Notes under the pieces: generated by a model
What the model saw: only the letters and a program-made list of their open reading frames with translations
Databases searched by the model: none
What the model was told of the DNA's origin: nothing
Part shown: positions 1 to 8,337 of the stretch, in pieces
Layout of the letters: the number at the start of each line of letters is the position of its first letter
Position numbering within the stretch: the first letter of the stretch is position 1
Program-made: the position numbers and the translations under genes
Assembly (NCBI GenBank): GCA_963833485.1
Contig: CAWHXT010000005.1
Span: forward strand, 347,545 to 411,544
Length of the DNA stretch: 64,000 nt
Source: an uncultured Candidatus Micrarchaeota archaeon
GTDB lineage: Archaea; Micrarchaeota; Micrarchaeia; Micrarchaeales; CABMGC01
Reading direction: 5' to 3'

Positions 1-1724
1 ACGTCCAGCATCTGCTGAATTAGTTCTGTCAGTCTGTCCGACTCGTCCAGTATCGTCTTCATGTATCCCCTCTGATCCTCATTCAGAGATCCAAAGTTCT
101 CATTGTAAATCAACTTCGAGAATCCCTTTATGTTTGTTATCGGCGTCTTGAGATCATGAGATATGTTGTAGATGAACTGCGTCTTCAGGTCGCTCTCTCT
201 CTTCACAGTCTCTATGTCACGCTGATACGCTTCTATGTCTCTATGCAGCTGCTCCATCGTTCTCTTAGTGGCAAGCTCCCTGCTTACTATTATGTACCCA
301 GATAGCTCCCCATTCTCGTCGAAAATACTCCTTATGCTCTGATCGCAAGGAACGGTTTCGTCCTCTTTCTTTTTCTTCACTACTGCATATATGTTGTTTA
401 TTATCCCTTCGTTCTTTGCTACTGTCAAAGCCTTTATGAACCTCTCTCCAGCGTCCTTTTCACTATACATAAGAGAAGCAGGAGTTCCTACAAGCTCCGC
501 TTCTTTATACCCAAATATCTCCTCAGCGCTCCTGTTCATGCGCTTTATGTAGCCAAGCTGATCAATGAATATTATCGCATCGCCAGACATCTTCACAAGC
601 TCCTCAAAATTACTCTCTATGCTCTTGAAGTACCTCTCAAGTACGTTGTTCAAGAGTATGCACGACATTCCGTAGAGGTCGTTTTTGAACAGGGATGCCT
701 TCACGTTGACGAACATCCCGTTTCCAACGTTTACTTCGATCGAATCCGTGTAAACGTCGTTTCCCAAGTTTTCTACTGCTTTCTTAAGCTTCTCCTTCTC
801 GGCTACTATGTCTAGAAGTTTTCTGTCAAGCAGCGCCTCCTTTTGACATCTCAGAATTTTTTCTATGTTGTCACTGGCCCATATTATCTTGCTCTCCCTA
901 TCCATCATGATGAATCCTTCTGAGTTGCTGTACTTGAGCAGTTTCGCCCTCTCCTCTAAATGCTTGAGATCTGAGGTCTCGTAAAAAGAGGCGTGGAGTA
1001 TATTTTCATTAACCTTGTTAGAGGTGACTCTGAACCTTCTGTCTTCCACTCCGACAATCTTTGCCTCCGCAGCAAGGCCTTTACTTAAGCTAAGCAGCAT
1101 GTTCATGTCGATATTGAAAAGTTCATTCACATTTCTTCCCGCAAGCTCCTTTGTGCTTGAGCTGAATAGGTTGAGCATGCTCTTGTTCGCCTTTATCACC
1201 GTCCCTTTGCCATCTATGAGGATCTGTGGAATGAGGTTGTTGAATGCCGCATCGAAATATTTAGCAAGGCTCAAGCTTTTCTCATACTCCATCCTGCTTA
1301 GGAGCTGGTAGCCGAGTATCACGGTGCTTATTGATATGGCATTCGTTACGTTGCTGTCAAACCTGTCCTCATTTTTCGAAAGGAGGGTTATTGTTGCAAA
1401 CTTCTTCCCTTCGATAGAGATTGGCAGAATCGCGCAGCTCTTGTATCCGACATTGTGGTAGTTAACAAGCTCGTCAAAATCTGAATATTCACTGAGTCTG
1501 TTGTCTATGTAAGGCTTCGCGGTGCTCATGGCAAACTCTTCCGCAGACTTCAGGGTCGCGCCCTTATCTACCAGTTTGGTCACCACCTCATCAAGACCGA
1601 AGATCAGCTTCAGCTCCTCTCCAAATTTTGTTACAAAATCTTCTGTGCTTATCTTTTTCTTCTCTAGATCGAAGATGTCAAATATCAACTTCGTTACAGC
1701 AACGTTCTCTACCATTGCACCCAT
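1..1724 (-). CDS. Sensor histidine kinase (GAF/PAS-like sensory region + HisKA phosphoacceptor domain); partial, catalytic C-terminus lies beyond the window edge
   Basis: My translation of the reverse strand from ATG 1724-1722 (MGAMVENVAV...) stays open to position 1. It ends in the H-box FIYNISHDLKTPITNIKGF...DESDRLTELIQQMLD. It is absent from the ORF track because it is open-ended. Confidence 0.85.
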   Translation of the reverse strand, partial: MGAMVENVAVTKLIFDIFDLEKKKISTEDFVTKFGEELKLIFGLDEVVTKLVDKGATLKSAEEFAMSTAKPYIDNRLSEYSDFDELVNYHNVGYKSCAILPISIEGKKFATITLLSKNEDRFDSNVTNAISISTVILGYQLLSRMEYEKSLSLAKYFDAAFNNLIPQILIDGKGTVIKANKSMLNLFSSSTKELAGRNVNELFNIDMNMLLSLSKGLAAEAKIVGVEDRRFRVTSNKVNENILHASFYETSDLKHLEERAKLLKYSNSEGFIMMDRESKIIWASDNIEKILRCQKEALLDRKLLDIVAEKEKLKKAVENLGNDVYTDSIEVNVGNGMFVNVKASLFKNDLYGMSCILLNNVLERYFKSIESNFEELVKMSGDAIIFIDQLGYIKRMNRSAEEIFGYKEAELVGTPASLMYSEKDAGERFIKALTVAKNEGIINNIYAVVKKKKEDETVPCDQSIRSIFDENGELSGYIIVSRELATKRTMEQLHRDIEAYQRDIETVKRESDLKTQFIYNISHDLKTPITNIKGFSKLIYNENFGSLNEDQRGYMKTILDESDRLTELIQQMLD

Positions 1725-1821
1725 CGCCTAATACTATTCGAAAGGCAAAAACTAAAAGTATTTTATGTGATACTTATTAATTTACTCTACTAACTTCTAC
1801 TGCTGATTGTGGTCATTTCTT

Positions 1822-2481
1822 ATGGAATTCAAGGAAATATTCGCGAACGTAATCAAGATAGACAGCAAGCTTGCTACCAAGAATCTCGTTCCGGGGACGA
1901 GGGTATATGATGAAGATTTGATAAACGTAGATGGAGTGGAATACAGATCGTGGAACCCGTATAGGAGCAAGCTTTCCGCAGCCATAATGAAAGGGCTCAA
2001 AAACCTAGAGATAATTCCAAAATCCAAAGTGCTCTACCTGGGTGCCGCGACAGGCACTACGTCCAGCCACGTGAGCGATATAGTCGAAGAGAGTGGAGTG
2101 GTTTATGCTATAGAACTCTCTGAGCGCAACCTTCGCGAGCTGATAAAGGTTTGTGAAAAAAGGTCAAACATGATACCTTTCCTTAATGACGCCAGAGAAG
2201 TTGAGAAGTACAAAGACGACATAGGAGAAGTGGACGTGATATATCAAGACGTATCTTCTCCAGATCAGGCAGAGATACTATTGAGAAACGCTGCTTTGTT
2301 GAAGACTGGAGGATTTGCGTACGTTGCGATAAAGTCCCAAAGCATAAGCAGTATAAGGAGGCCGAGCGAAGTTTTCAACGAGTTCCTAAAGCAAGTTTCA
2401 AGCGAGTTCAAGGTGCTTGAGAAGGTAGATATCAGCTCGTACGACAAGATGCACCTTTTCGTAGCGCTTAGTAAACGTTAA
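1822..2481 (+). CDS. flpA: Fibrillarin-like rRNA/tRNA 2'-O-methyltransferase
   Basis: YRSWNPYRSKLSAAI and the SAM-binding VLYLGAATGTTSSHVSDIV are fibrillarin signatures. The ORF track starts at TTG 1807; I prefer ATG 1822 (MEFKEIF). Confidence 0.93.
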   Translation: MEFKEIFANVIKIDSKLATKNLVPGTRVYDEDLINVDGVEYRSWNPYRSKLSAAIMKGLKNLEIIPKSKVLYLGAATGTTSSHVSDIVEESGVVYAIELSERNLRELIKVCEKRSNMIPFLNDAREVEKYKDDIGEVDVIYQDVSSPDQAEILLRNAALLKTGGFAYVAIKSQSISSIRRPSEVFNEFLKQVSSEFKVLEKVDISSYDKMHLFVALSKR

Positions 2482-2503
2482 TAAGATTTTTTACTGAATA
2501 ATA

Positions 2504-3328
2504 TTGTTTTACGTGGATAAGCTAAACCAGGAAATATTAAAAAATGGCCCGCAGCAGATGTTTATGTGCGAGTTCTGCGGGAGTAAAGTACCATCCTACA
2601 ACCAAGAGTTTGGCTTTTGCTATTTCTGCGAACTCGGAATCAGCAGCCTTGAAGAAGTGCTCCAACGCTACCCTGATTTTTACAGTGCTCTTAGCGTATT
2701 GGGCAAAGGCATCGGCGAGGGGAAATGGGGAAATGCAGAGAAGGGATTGCAGAAGCTCTTAACAATCAGAGAATCTCCAGAGATGGATTATGTTGCTGGT
2801 ATCTTCTACAACAACTATTCCGATTACATGTATACTAACAGAGACTACCAGTACCTTGCCGGTTTCAGGGAACCGAATGCAGAGAACATCAGCGCCGGAA
2901 TACAGTTCTTCTACAAATCAAAGGAGATGCTCTATAAGGCAATCGATAGCGCAAACAAGTTGCTGCAGACTAACGAGCACGATGAGCAAAGGCTCTTCGT
3001 TAAGTTCCTATCAGAGTTCAGACTGAAGAGGATGGCTGATGCGCGACAAACGCTTAAGGTGCTCAACGAGACATCGAACGGGGCGATGAGCGTCTATGCA
3101 AGCATGCTTTATTCCTCTACGATGCACAGCAAGGGGAGCTTCACATTTATGAAGCAGCTTACAGATATGGGCATAGTCAACTCTTTCTACTACTATGCAA
3201 GGTTCATTACCTCTGACGGCAACCTAAATGAAGCGAAGAACCTCCTGATCAAGCTTCTTTCAAGGGTAAGCATGCCAAAAGCAAAGAGCCTGCTTGAAGG
3301 AATACAGGGAGTGCAGGAAGTCCTTTAA
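2504..3328 (+). CDS. Hypothetical protein, N-terminal zinc ribbon (CEFCG...CYFC) followed by a helical, TPR-like region
   Basis: 274-aa ORF with two CxxC pairs near the N-terminus. I recognise no family. Confidence 0.55.
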   Translation: MFYVDKLNQEILKNGPQQMFMCEFCGSKVPSYNQEFGFCYFCELGISSLEEVLQRYPDFYSALSVLGKGIGEGKWGNAEKGLQKLLTIRESPEMDYVAGIFYNNYSDYMYTNRDYQYLAGFREPNAENISAGIQFFYKSKEMLYKAIDSANKLLQTNEHDEQRLFVKFLSEFRLKRMADARQTLKVLNETSNGAMSVYASMLYSSTMHSKGSFTFMKQLTDMGIVNSFYYYARFITSDGNLNEAKNLLIKLLSRVSMPKAKSLLEGIQGVQEVL

Positions 3329-3330
3329 TC

Positions 3331-3370
3331 AGTCTTTCGCAACACCCATCGGCACGTTCCTTGAGAGTAT
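3331..3370 (-). repeat. Displaced copy of the rtcB 3' end (reverse strand reads ...SRNVPMGVAKD-stop); direct repeat partner of 4291..4330
   Basis: 34 of 40 nt are identical to 4291..4330, including the exact 20-mer cccatcggcacgttccttga at 3345..3364 and 4305..4324 (960 bp apart). The differences are mostly synonymous third positions. Confidence 0.8.
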
Positions 3371-3518
3371 AATTTTGGTAAACCAAACATCTAGCACACA
3401 TTTTTAGTCCCCAAATTCCAGTAATTTTTAGATGATAAAATGGATGATGACCAAGAAAAAAGAAGCAGAGGAAGAGTGACGGTTAAAGAGATTGCTGCAA
3501 AACTAGAGAGTTTCACAA

Positions 3519-4292
3519 TTGAATCAAGAGTACGCAACAAAGATTTTAATTTTACAAGTTAAGAAAGAAGACGAGAGCACAAGGTTATTTGCTATCGGAC
3601 AGGGAGCTTTCTCCCTCAGGTATATTATATCAGCTAAATTTGATCCTTTTGATAAAACTTACAGCTTAAAAATCGGTAGATGCAAAAAAGAAGGAATGGA
3701 ATTCGTATGGAATTTTGACGCAGAATCTAACCCAGATACTGTATCTATCGGCTATTCCGAAGCGAAGGGAATTGTTGAAAATCCAGATGCTATGGAAGCA
3801 ACACAGGAAGCAATAAGATTAATGAGAGAAGGACTAACAACCAGCATCTTAGAAGTGAATCCAGTAGCTTTATCTGAGAGAATTAACAGGCTATCAGTTC
3901 TTCAGGCTGCAGAAGTTGCAATAAGAACTGAACGAAAAGAGAGTAAAAAGTGGTCTAGAAACAGCGAGTGGTACATGAGACTTGGAAGAGAGATACATGA
4001 GCGCGGTTTGGAGTTTGACCTCCATCCCAATGTCATCGATCCCATAATCGAATGGTATATTACTGGTGACAGCAGTCATCTTCGTGCCATGTTAAACAGC
4101 CCGGTTGAAAGGGAAGTAGAAGACACTAAGAAAGCTTTGAAGAACCTCGAGGAAGCAGGAAGAAGCAATGTAAAGGGAGAACTAGAGCATAAAACGAACT
4201 TCTGGGAGATTGTGGCAATATTACAAACAGCTTCCGGGAAATCGCTTCCCCAAATATTAAGAGACAAAAGCACCGATGGAGCAGGCCCTTAG
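3519..4292 (+). CDS. Hypothetical protein (257 aa), the only long ORF inside the 960-bp segment bounded by the rtcB 3'-end repeats
   Basis: Long ORF with a TTG start and no recognisable motifs. Its stop overlaps the rtcB stop convergently. A 40-aa ORF (3440..3562, MDDDQEKRSRGRVTVKEIAAKL...) sits one base out of frame upstream. Confidence 0.5.
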   Translation: MNQEYATKILILQVKKEDESTRLFAIGQGAFSLRYIISAKFDPFDKTYSLKIGRCKKEGMEFVWNFDAESNPDTVSIGYSEAKGIVENPDAMEATQEAIRLMREGLTTSILEVNPVALSERINRLSVLQAAEVAIRTERKESKKWSRNSEWYMRLGREIHERGLEFDLHPNVIDPIIEWYITGDSSHLRAMLNSPVEREVEDTKKALKNLEEAGRSNVKGELEHKTNFWEIVAILQTASGKSLPQILRDKSTDGAGP

Positions 4293-7240
4293 CCTTTTGC
4301 TACGCCCATCGGCACGTTCCTTGAAACTATGTTAGATAAGCCAGCTTTTTCTACCACGCCAACCACATCGTCAACACTCTTGTAAGCCCACTCCGCCTCC
4401 TCACTTATCAGCTTCCTTGTCCTTATCCTTACGATGACCTTCTTCTTGTCAAGCTCTTCAAAGGTCCTTGAAGCGGGTATGTCGCGTAGCGCCTGGTGCC
4501 TCGACATCAACCTCCCAGATCCATGGCACGTAGAGCCGAAAGTCTCTCTCATCGCTCCCTCTTTCCCTGCAAGCACGTAGCTTGCTGTGCCCATGCTTCC
4601 TGGTATTATCACAGGTTGTCCCACGTTCCTGTAAATCTTCGGCACGCCGTCGCTTCCCTTCGCGAAGGCTCTTGTGGCTCCTTTCCTATGTACGTAGACC
4701 TTGACCTTCTTTCCCTCGAAAATATGTTCCTCGTGCTTTGCGATGTTGTGCGCAACGTCGTACAGGAGTTCCATTCCCAAAGCGTCTGCGCTCTTCGAGA
4801 AAACCTCCTCGAAACTCTTCCTTATCGAGTTGGTTATTATCTGTCTGTTGGTGAACGCATAGTTTACCGCACAGTTCATCGCACCAAGGTAATCATCAGC
4901 CTCCTTGCTTCCTATCTTAGCATAGCTGAGTTCCTGGTCTATAAGGTTGATGTTGTTTTCATGCTGATAAGTAAGGAGGGAGCGAAGGTAATCGCTGCAG
5001 ATCTGGTGGCCGAAACCCCTAGATCCTGTATGCACCATTATCACAGCCTGCCCCTCAAAAAGCCCGAAATCTTTAGCTATCTTTTCGTCAAATATCTTCT
5101 CGATCTTCTGGACCTCAAGGAAATGGTTCCCCGCGCCCAGGGTGCCGAGCTCGTGCAAGCCTCTAGATTTCACCATTTGGCTTATCTTGCTGAAGTCAGC
5201 GCCCCGAACAGCGCCGTTCTCTTCTATTCTGTCAACGTCGTCAGCGAAACCGTAGCCCTTCTTCACCATGTACGCAACCCCATCCTCCGCCACCTTTTCG
5301 ATGTCGGCTGGCGTGAGACCTATCCTCAGCCTGCTGCCGACGCCGCTCGGCACGTTCTTAAATAAGCTGTCCATCAGCTGCTCAATTTTCGGCCTTACCT
5401 CCTTCTCTGTGAGGTTAGTTTTTATCAGCCTGACGCCGCAGTTTGACACAACAATACCATTCGCGATAAAATTATGGTTTTTGTTATCTACTGTTATATC
5501 AAATACACTTCCATTGTAAACAACGCTCTCTATTTTACTGATCACGTCATAAGTAAGACCACTTTTTCCTATTTCCAACTTCCTTGAGAAATCCTCAAAT
5601 TTGACGTCTCCCCATATCCTTGCAGTCCCACTTCTTCCCCATAAAGTGTGTTCCAAGAAGCTTTTGCTGATATTGTCGCTGCCAAGCTGTTTTAATATCA
5701 AAACAGTAGTCTCACCAGATCTTAACATTGCGAGCGCCTTACTTCTTGCTTCGTTTCGCTCAGCTCTTATCTTCTTCAGATGAGTTAGATATAGGCACGC
5801 AAGACTTGCTAATCTTTCTTTTTCAATATTGTATGCATAACCAACAGAGCCAAAAAATCTTATCAGGTTATCTGTGTTTGAGAGAATGCCAAGCCTGAAT
5901 CCTACAGATATGCCCTTCTTACCATTGTACCTATATCCTTTGACGATGGTAGGTTGTATGGTCCCTATGCCAAAAGAATCTAACATGCTTTTTATATCCC
6001 CCAGAAAAGCCACAGCGTTATCTCCAAGTTCTTCAAGCTTGTTGACACTAAATGCAGGGGCAGAGAAATTATATCCATTGTTTGCCATAGGTTTCGAAAG
6101 CTCCGCACCAAAATATGCTGCAAGAAAAAGTCTTTTCTGCCAATTTTCAGAATTAATTATCCATTCCGGTACTCTATAACGCTGGGTCGCTTTGTTACCC
6201 AACGGAGCTCCTAGACACACCAGAAGTGCTCCAAAGGCTGCAGCACCTACATTCAGAGAATATTCCTCATAATCAAATTCGGTGGTCCCGTACACAGTGG
6301 TTATCTTATTATGTCGTTTCCTGTAGTTTATGTGCGATTTGAACCCAAGTGCAAATATGTCTTCCTGAACCTTCATCAAGTTCTCACGTCCTCCATAAAA
6401 CGTGGTGTATGTAATCTCACCTTTGGTATCTGGTATAGTTCCATCCCCAAATACAAAACCGAGCAGCTTTAGCAGAATCGGCAGTTTAGGATGTCGTGTG
6501 CTTATATTGGTAAGTCCAAGTTGTCTTAGAAAGTTTAATACTTGTTTCAAAGCATTTCCTTTCTTCCCGATTCCTAAAGCCCCTAATACTGTAATAAGCC
6601 TTTCCTCCGAGAGAATTACCTTATCTATTGGCTTTACAAATTCGATGCCTTCAAAACCTGTTGTAATAATCTTGTCCCCCACTTTCAACTTACCAGCCAA
6701 TATCATCCCCTTATCTGTAAGTATGGGATGATCTGGCGTGGCAAGTATCCCCCTACCAAGGCCAGTACTTACCTTAAGAATTTCTCCAGTGTATTGTCTT
6801 TTCATGAAAAAAGTAAGCTTAGTATCGATGATTTGTAACTTTTGCATATCAAAGGTTTGTATACAAGGATTTTCATCCAAAAGATCTGCTATCTTATGCC
6901 AAGCGCCGTTCGAGTCATATACACATGAATCTGGATGAAGGCAGTTTATGTCGAATCCAACTGCACCTGGTGAAATTATCCCATCATTCGCATCGAATGC
7001 GACAACTCCGCCGACAGGGAACCCGTACCCCTGGTGCCCGTCAGGCATCACCATGACGTTTCCGACGATACCAGGGAGCGTTGCGGCATTTGAGGCCTGC
7101 TGAAGCGTGCTGTCTCCCTGCATCTTTTCAAGCATCTGCTTTGTTGCGTAGATCATCACGTCAGTCTTCATCTGCGTTCCGCTAACCTTCTCTATCTTGA
7201 ATCTGACGTCGTCAACTTGCTTTATTTCCATGCGAACCAT
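4289..7240 (-). CDS. rtcB: RNA-splicing ligase RtcB, interrupted by an in-frame intein (extein about 482 aa)
   Basis: The extein carries MPDGHQGYGFPVGGV, GFDIN|C...CGVRL, GNHFLE, HTGSRGFGHQ and HGSGR, all RtcB motifs. I start at M27 of the ORF (MVRMEIKQV, 7240), because the upstream 26 codons look like non-coding AT-rich sequence. Confidence 0.93.
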   Translation of the reverse strand: MVRMEIKQVDDVRFKIEKVSGTQMKTDVMIYATKQMLEKMQGDSTLQQASNAATLPGIVGNVMVMPDGHQGYGFPVGGVVAFDANDGIISPGAVGFDINCLHPDSCVYDSNGAWHKIADLLDENPCIQTFDMQKLQIIDTKLTFFMKRQYTGEILKVSTGLGRGILATPDHPILTDKGMILAGKLKVGDKIITTGFEGIEFVKPIDKVILSEERLITVLGALGIGKKGNALKQVLNFLRQLGLTNISTRHPKLPILLKLLGFVFGDGTIPDTKGEITYTTFYGGRENLMKVQEDIFALGFKSHINYRKRHNKITTVYGTTEFDYEEYSLNVGAAAFGALLVCLGAPLGNKATQRYRVPEWIINSENWQKRLFLAAYFGAELSKPMANNGYNFSAPAFSVNKLEELGDNAVAFLGDIKSMLDSFGIGTIQPTIVKGYRYNGKKGISVGFRLGILSNTDNLIRFFGSVGYAYNIEKERLASLACLYLTHLKKIRAERNEARSKALAMLRSGETTVLILKQLGSDNISKSFLEHTLWGRSGTARIWGDVKFEDFSRKLEIGKSGLTYDVISKIESVVYNGSVFDITVDNKNHNFIANGIVVSNCGVRLIKTNLTEKEVRPKIEQLMDSLFKNVPSGVGSRLRIGLTPADIEKVAEDGVAYMVKKGYGFADDVDRIEENGAVRGADFSKISQMVKSRGLHELGTLGAGNHFLEVQKIEKIFDEKIAKDFGLFEGQAVIMVHTGSRGFGHQICSDYLRSLLTYQHENNINLIDQELSYAKIGSKEADDYLGAMNCAVNYAFTNRQIITNSIRKSFEEVFSKSADALGMELLYDVAHNIAKHEEHIFEGKKVKVYVHRKGATRAFAKGSDGVPKIYRNVGQPVIIPGSMGTASYVLAGKEGAMRETFGSTCHGSGRLMSRHQALRDIPASRTFEELDKKKVIVRIRTRKLISEEAEWAYKSVDDVVGVVEKAGLSNIVSRNVPMGVAKG
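4291..4330 (-). repeat. Functional rtcB 3' end (…SRNVPMGVAKG-stop); direct repeat partner of 3331..3370
   Basis: See the 3331..3370 entry. Confidence 0.8.
5441..6943 (-). mobile_element. Full-size intein (501 aa) with a LAGLIDADG homing-endonuclease domain, inserted in the RtcB GFDIN/CGVRL active-site loop
   Basis: Starts CLHPDSCVYD (block A). Block B is ATPDHPILT. The LAGLIDADG motifs are LLGFVFGDGTI and LFLAAYFGAELS. It ends VFDITVDNKNHNFIANGIVVSN followed by the +1 Cys (CGVRLIK). Coordinates were counted from codons: C126 = 6943-6941, terminal Asn = 5443-5441. Confidence 0.88.
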
Positions 7241-7376
7241 ATAGACAAAAATATACTCAACACTTATAAATAGTGAAAATAGATATGTTTTTGAGAGATA
7301 AACACTTTTCGAGTACAATCAATTAGATAAGTATAAATATAAGAAAATGAATGTATTACCGCGAAAACTGAAAGTG

Positions 7377-7383
7377 TTTAAAT
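7377..7383 (+). promoter_or_regulatory. TATA-like box (tttaaat) about 25 nt upstream of tRNA-Leu
   Basis: The sequence and its spacing to the 7405 start fit archaeal promoter geometry. Similar boxes precede the other tRNAs. Confidence 0.4.
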
Positions 7384-7404
7384 CTTGAAGATTATAGGAT
7401 AAGC

Positions 7405-7502
7405 GCAGGGATGGCGGAGCTTGGTCAAACGCGACAGACTCAAGATCTGTTGGCTTAGGCCTGCGGGAGTTCAAAACATTTGAGCAAATCTCCCTCCCTG
7501 CA
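7405..7502 (+). tRNA. tRNA-Leu (anticodon CAA), class II, with a putative 13-nt intron inside the T-loop (about 7476..7488)
   Basis: Hand fold: acceptor GCAGGGA/TCCCTGC, anticodon stem ACAGA/TCTGT with loop CTCAAGA, a 14-nt variable arm, and T-stem GGGAG/CTCCC. The T-loop reads TTCAAA[acatttgagcaaa]T, and removing 13 nt restores TTCAAAT. The mature length would be 85 nt. Confidence 0.75.
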
Positions 7503-7504
7503 TA

Positions 7505-8278
7505 ATGGTGAATAAAGTGGCAAGGAAGCAAAAAAGGGCTGTAGCAACGAAGCGCAGGAGCAGCGCAGCCAACAGAAGGGCAAAGCCACAGAGAAAGCAG
7601 AGGAAGTCTACTTCTTCTAGGACTGCAGTAAGGGCTAAGAGTGGGAAGATAAAGGAGAGTGTGATGTTCGATGTTCCTCACTACCCTCAGACGGAGGAGT
7701 TCACTAGCTCTGCAGCATGTGCAATGATGGTTCTAAAGTTCATAAATCCTGAATTCAAGCTCAAGAGAGAGCAGGAGTTCGACATATGGCAGGAGGCCGT
7801 AAACGGCAGCGTCTGGCATGGCTCACGCTACGGGCTCGCGTACGCTCTAGCAAAGAGAGGCGCAAAGGTCGGCATAATAAGCAACGCTAAGGATGAGGGT
7901 TACGAGAGAAAGCTTGCCGTATATGAGAACGTCAACCTCGATACGCTCACAGCATCTTTCAACGAGATAAGAGAGAAGGCAAGGCAGCTTAACGTCACAG
8001 AAGAGCAGGGCACGGTCACTTTGCAGGGCATAAAGAGGGTGCTTTCGGCAAGGAACATACCTATTGTTCTAATCGACGCTAAGGTCATCAATCCATATCT
8101 GGAATCCTCGCCACATTGGGTGGTCGTAAAGGGCTACGACAAGGACACCTTCTACATAAATGATCCCTACTCCGACAGCACTATAACTATAGACGCAGAC
8201 GCATTCAAGTCAGCGCTTGGCTTCGATTCTGACCATCACATGATACTAATTGATTCGAGATACTTCAAGCAGCACTGA
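7505..8278 (+). CDS. Papain-like cysteine peptidase, C39-like family; the Lys/Arg-rich 53-aa N-terminal extension is uncertain (alternative start 7664)
   Basis: YPQTEEFTSSAACAMMVL (Gln...Cys) and PHWVVVKGYD...NDPY (His, Asp/Asn) fit the peptidase_C39-like pattern. The ORF begins 3 nt after the tRNA-Leu end. Confidence 0.6.
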   Translation: MVNKVARKQKRAVATKRRSSAANRRAKPQRKQRKSTSSRTAVRAKSGKIKESVMFDVPHYPQTEEFTSSAACAMMVLKFINPEFKLKREQEFDIWQEAVNGSVWHGSRYGLAYALAKRGAKVGIISNAKDEGYERKLAVYENVNLDTLTASFNEIREKARQLNVTEEQGTVTLQGIKRVLSARNIPIVLIDAKVINPYLESSPHWVVVKGYDKDTFYINDPYSDSTITIDADAFKSALGFDSDHHMILIDSRYFKQH

Positions 8279-8337
8279 AAATCAGGCAAAGCTACAGCTC
8301 ATTGGTTAATCTATCGCTTTCTCAAGAATTCGTTCTT

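Noticed and set aside
1015-1731. ORF-track + strand ORFs 1015..1311 and 1522..1731.
   Set aside because: They lie antisense to a continuous reverse-strand reading frame with clear PAS/HisKA content (the partial histidine kinase at 1..1724). Their Ser/Leu-rich sequences look like antisense shadows.
1807-2481. Fibrillarin without an adjacent Nop5/Nop56-58 gene, as a possible anomaly.
   Set aside because: Gene order is not obligatory, and nop5 may simply be elsewhere in the genome. This is not informative from one window.
4496-6938. Multiple + strand ORFs (4496..5365, 5268..5519, 5601..5783, 5874..6179, 6402..6731, 6738..6938).
   Set aside because: All are antisense to rtcB and its intein, which have unmistakable conserved motifs. 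None of these ORFs contains a motif.
7319-7681. 120-aa reverse-strand ORF.
   Set aside because: It overlaps the tRNA-Leu gene and its promoter, and the sequence is Pro/Arg/Ser/Leu-rich nonsense.
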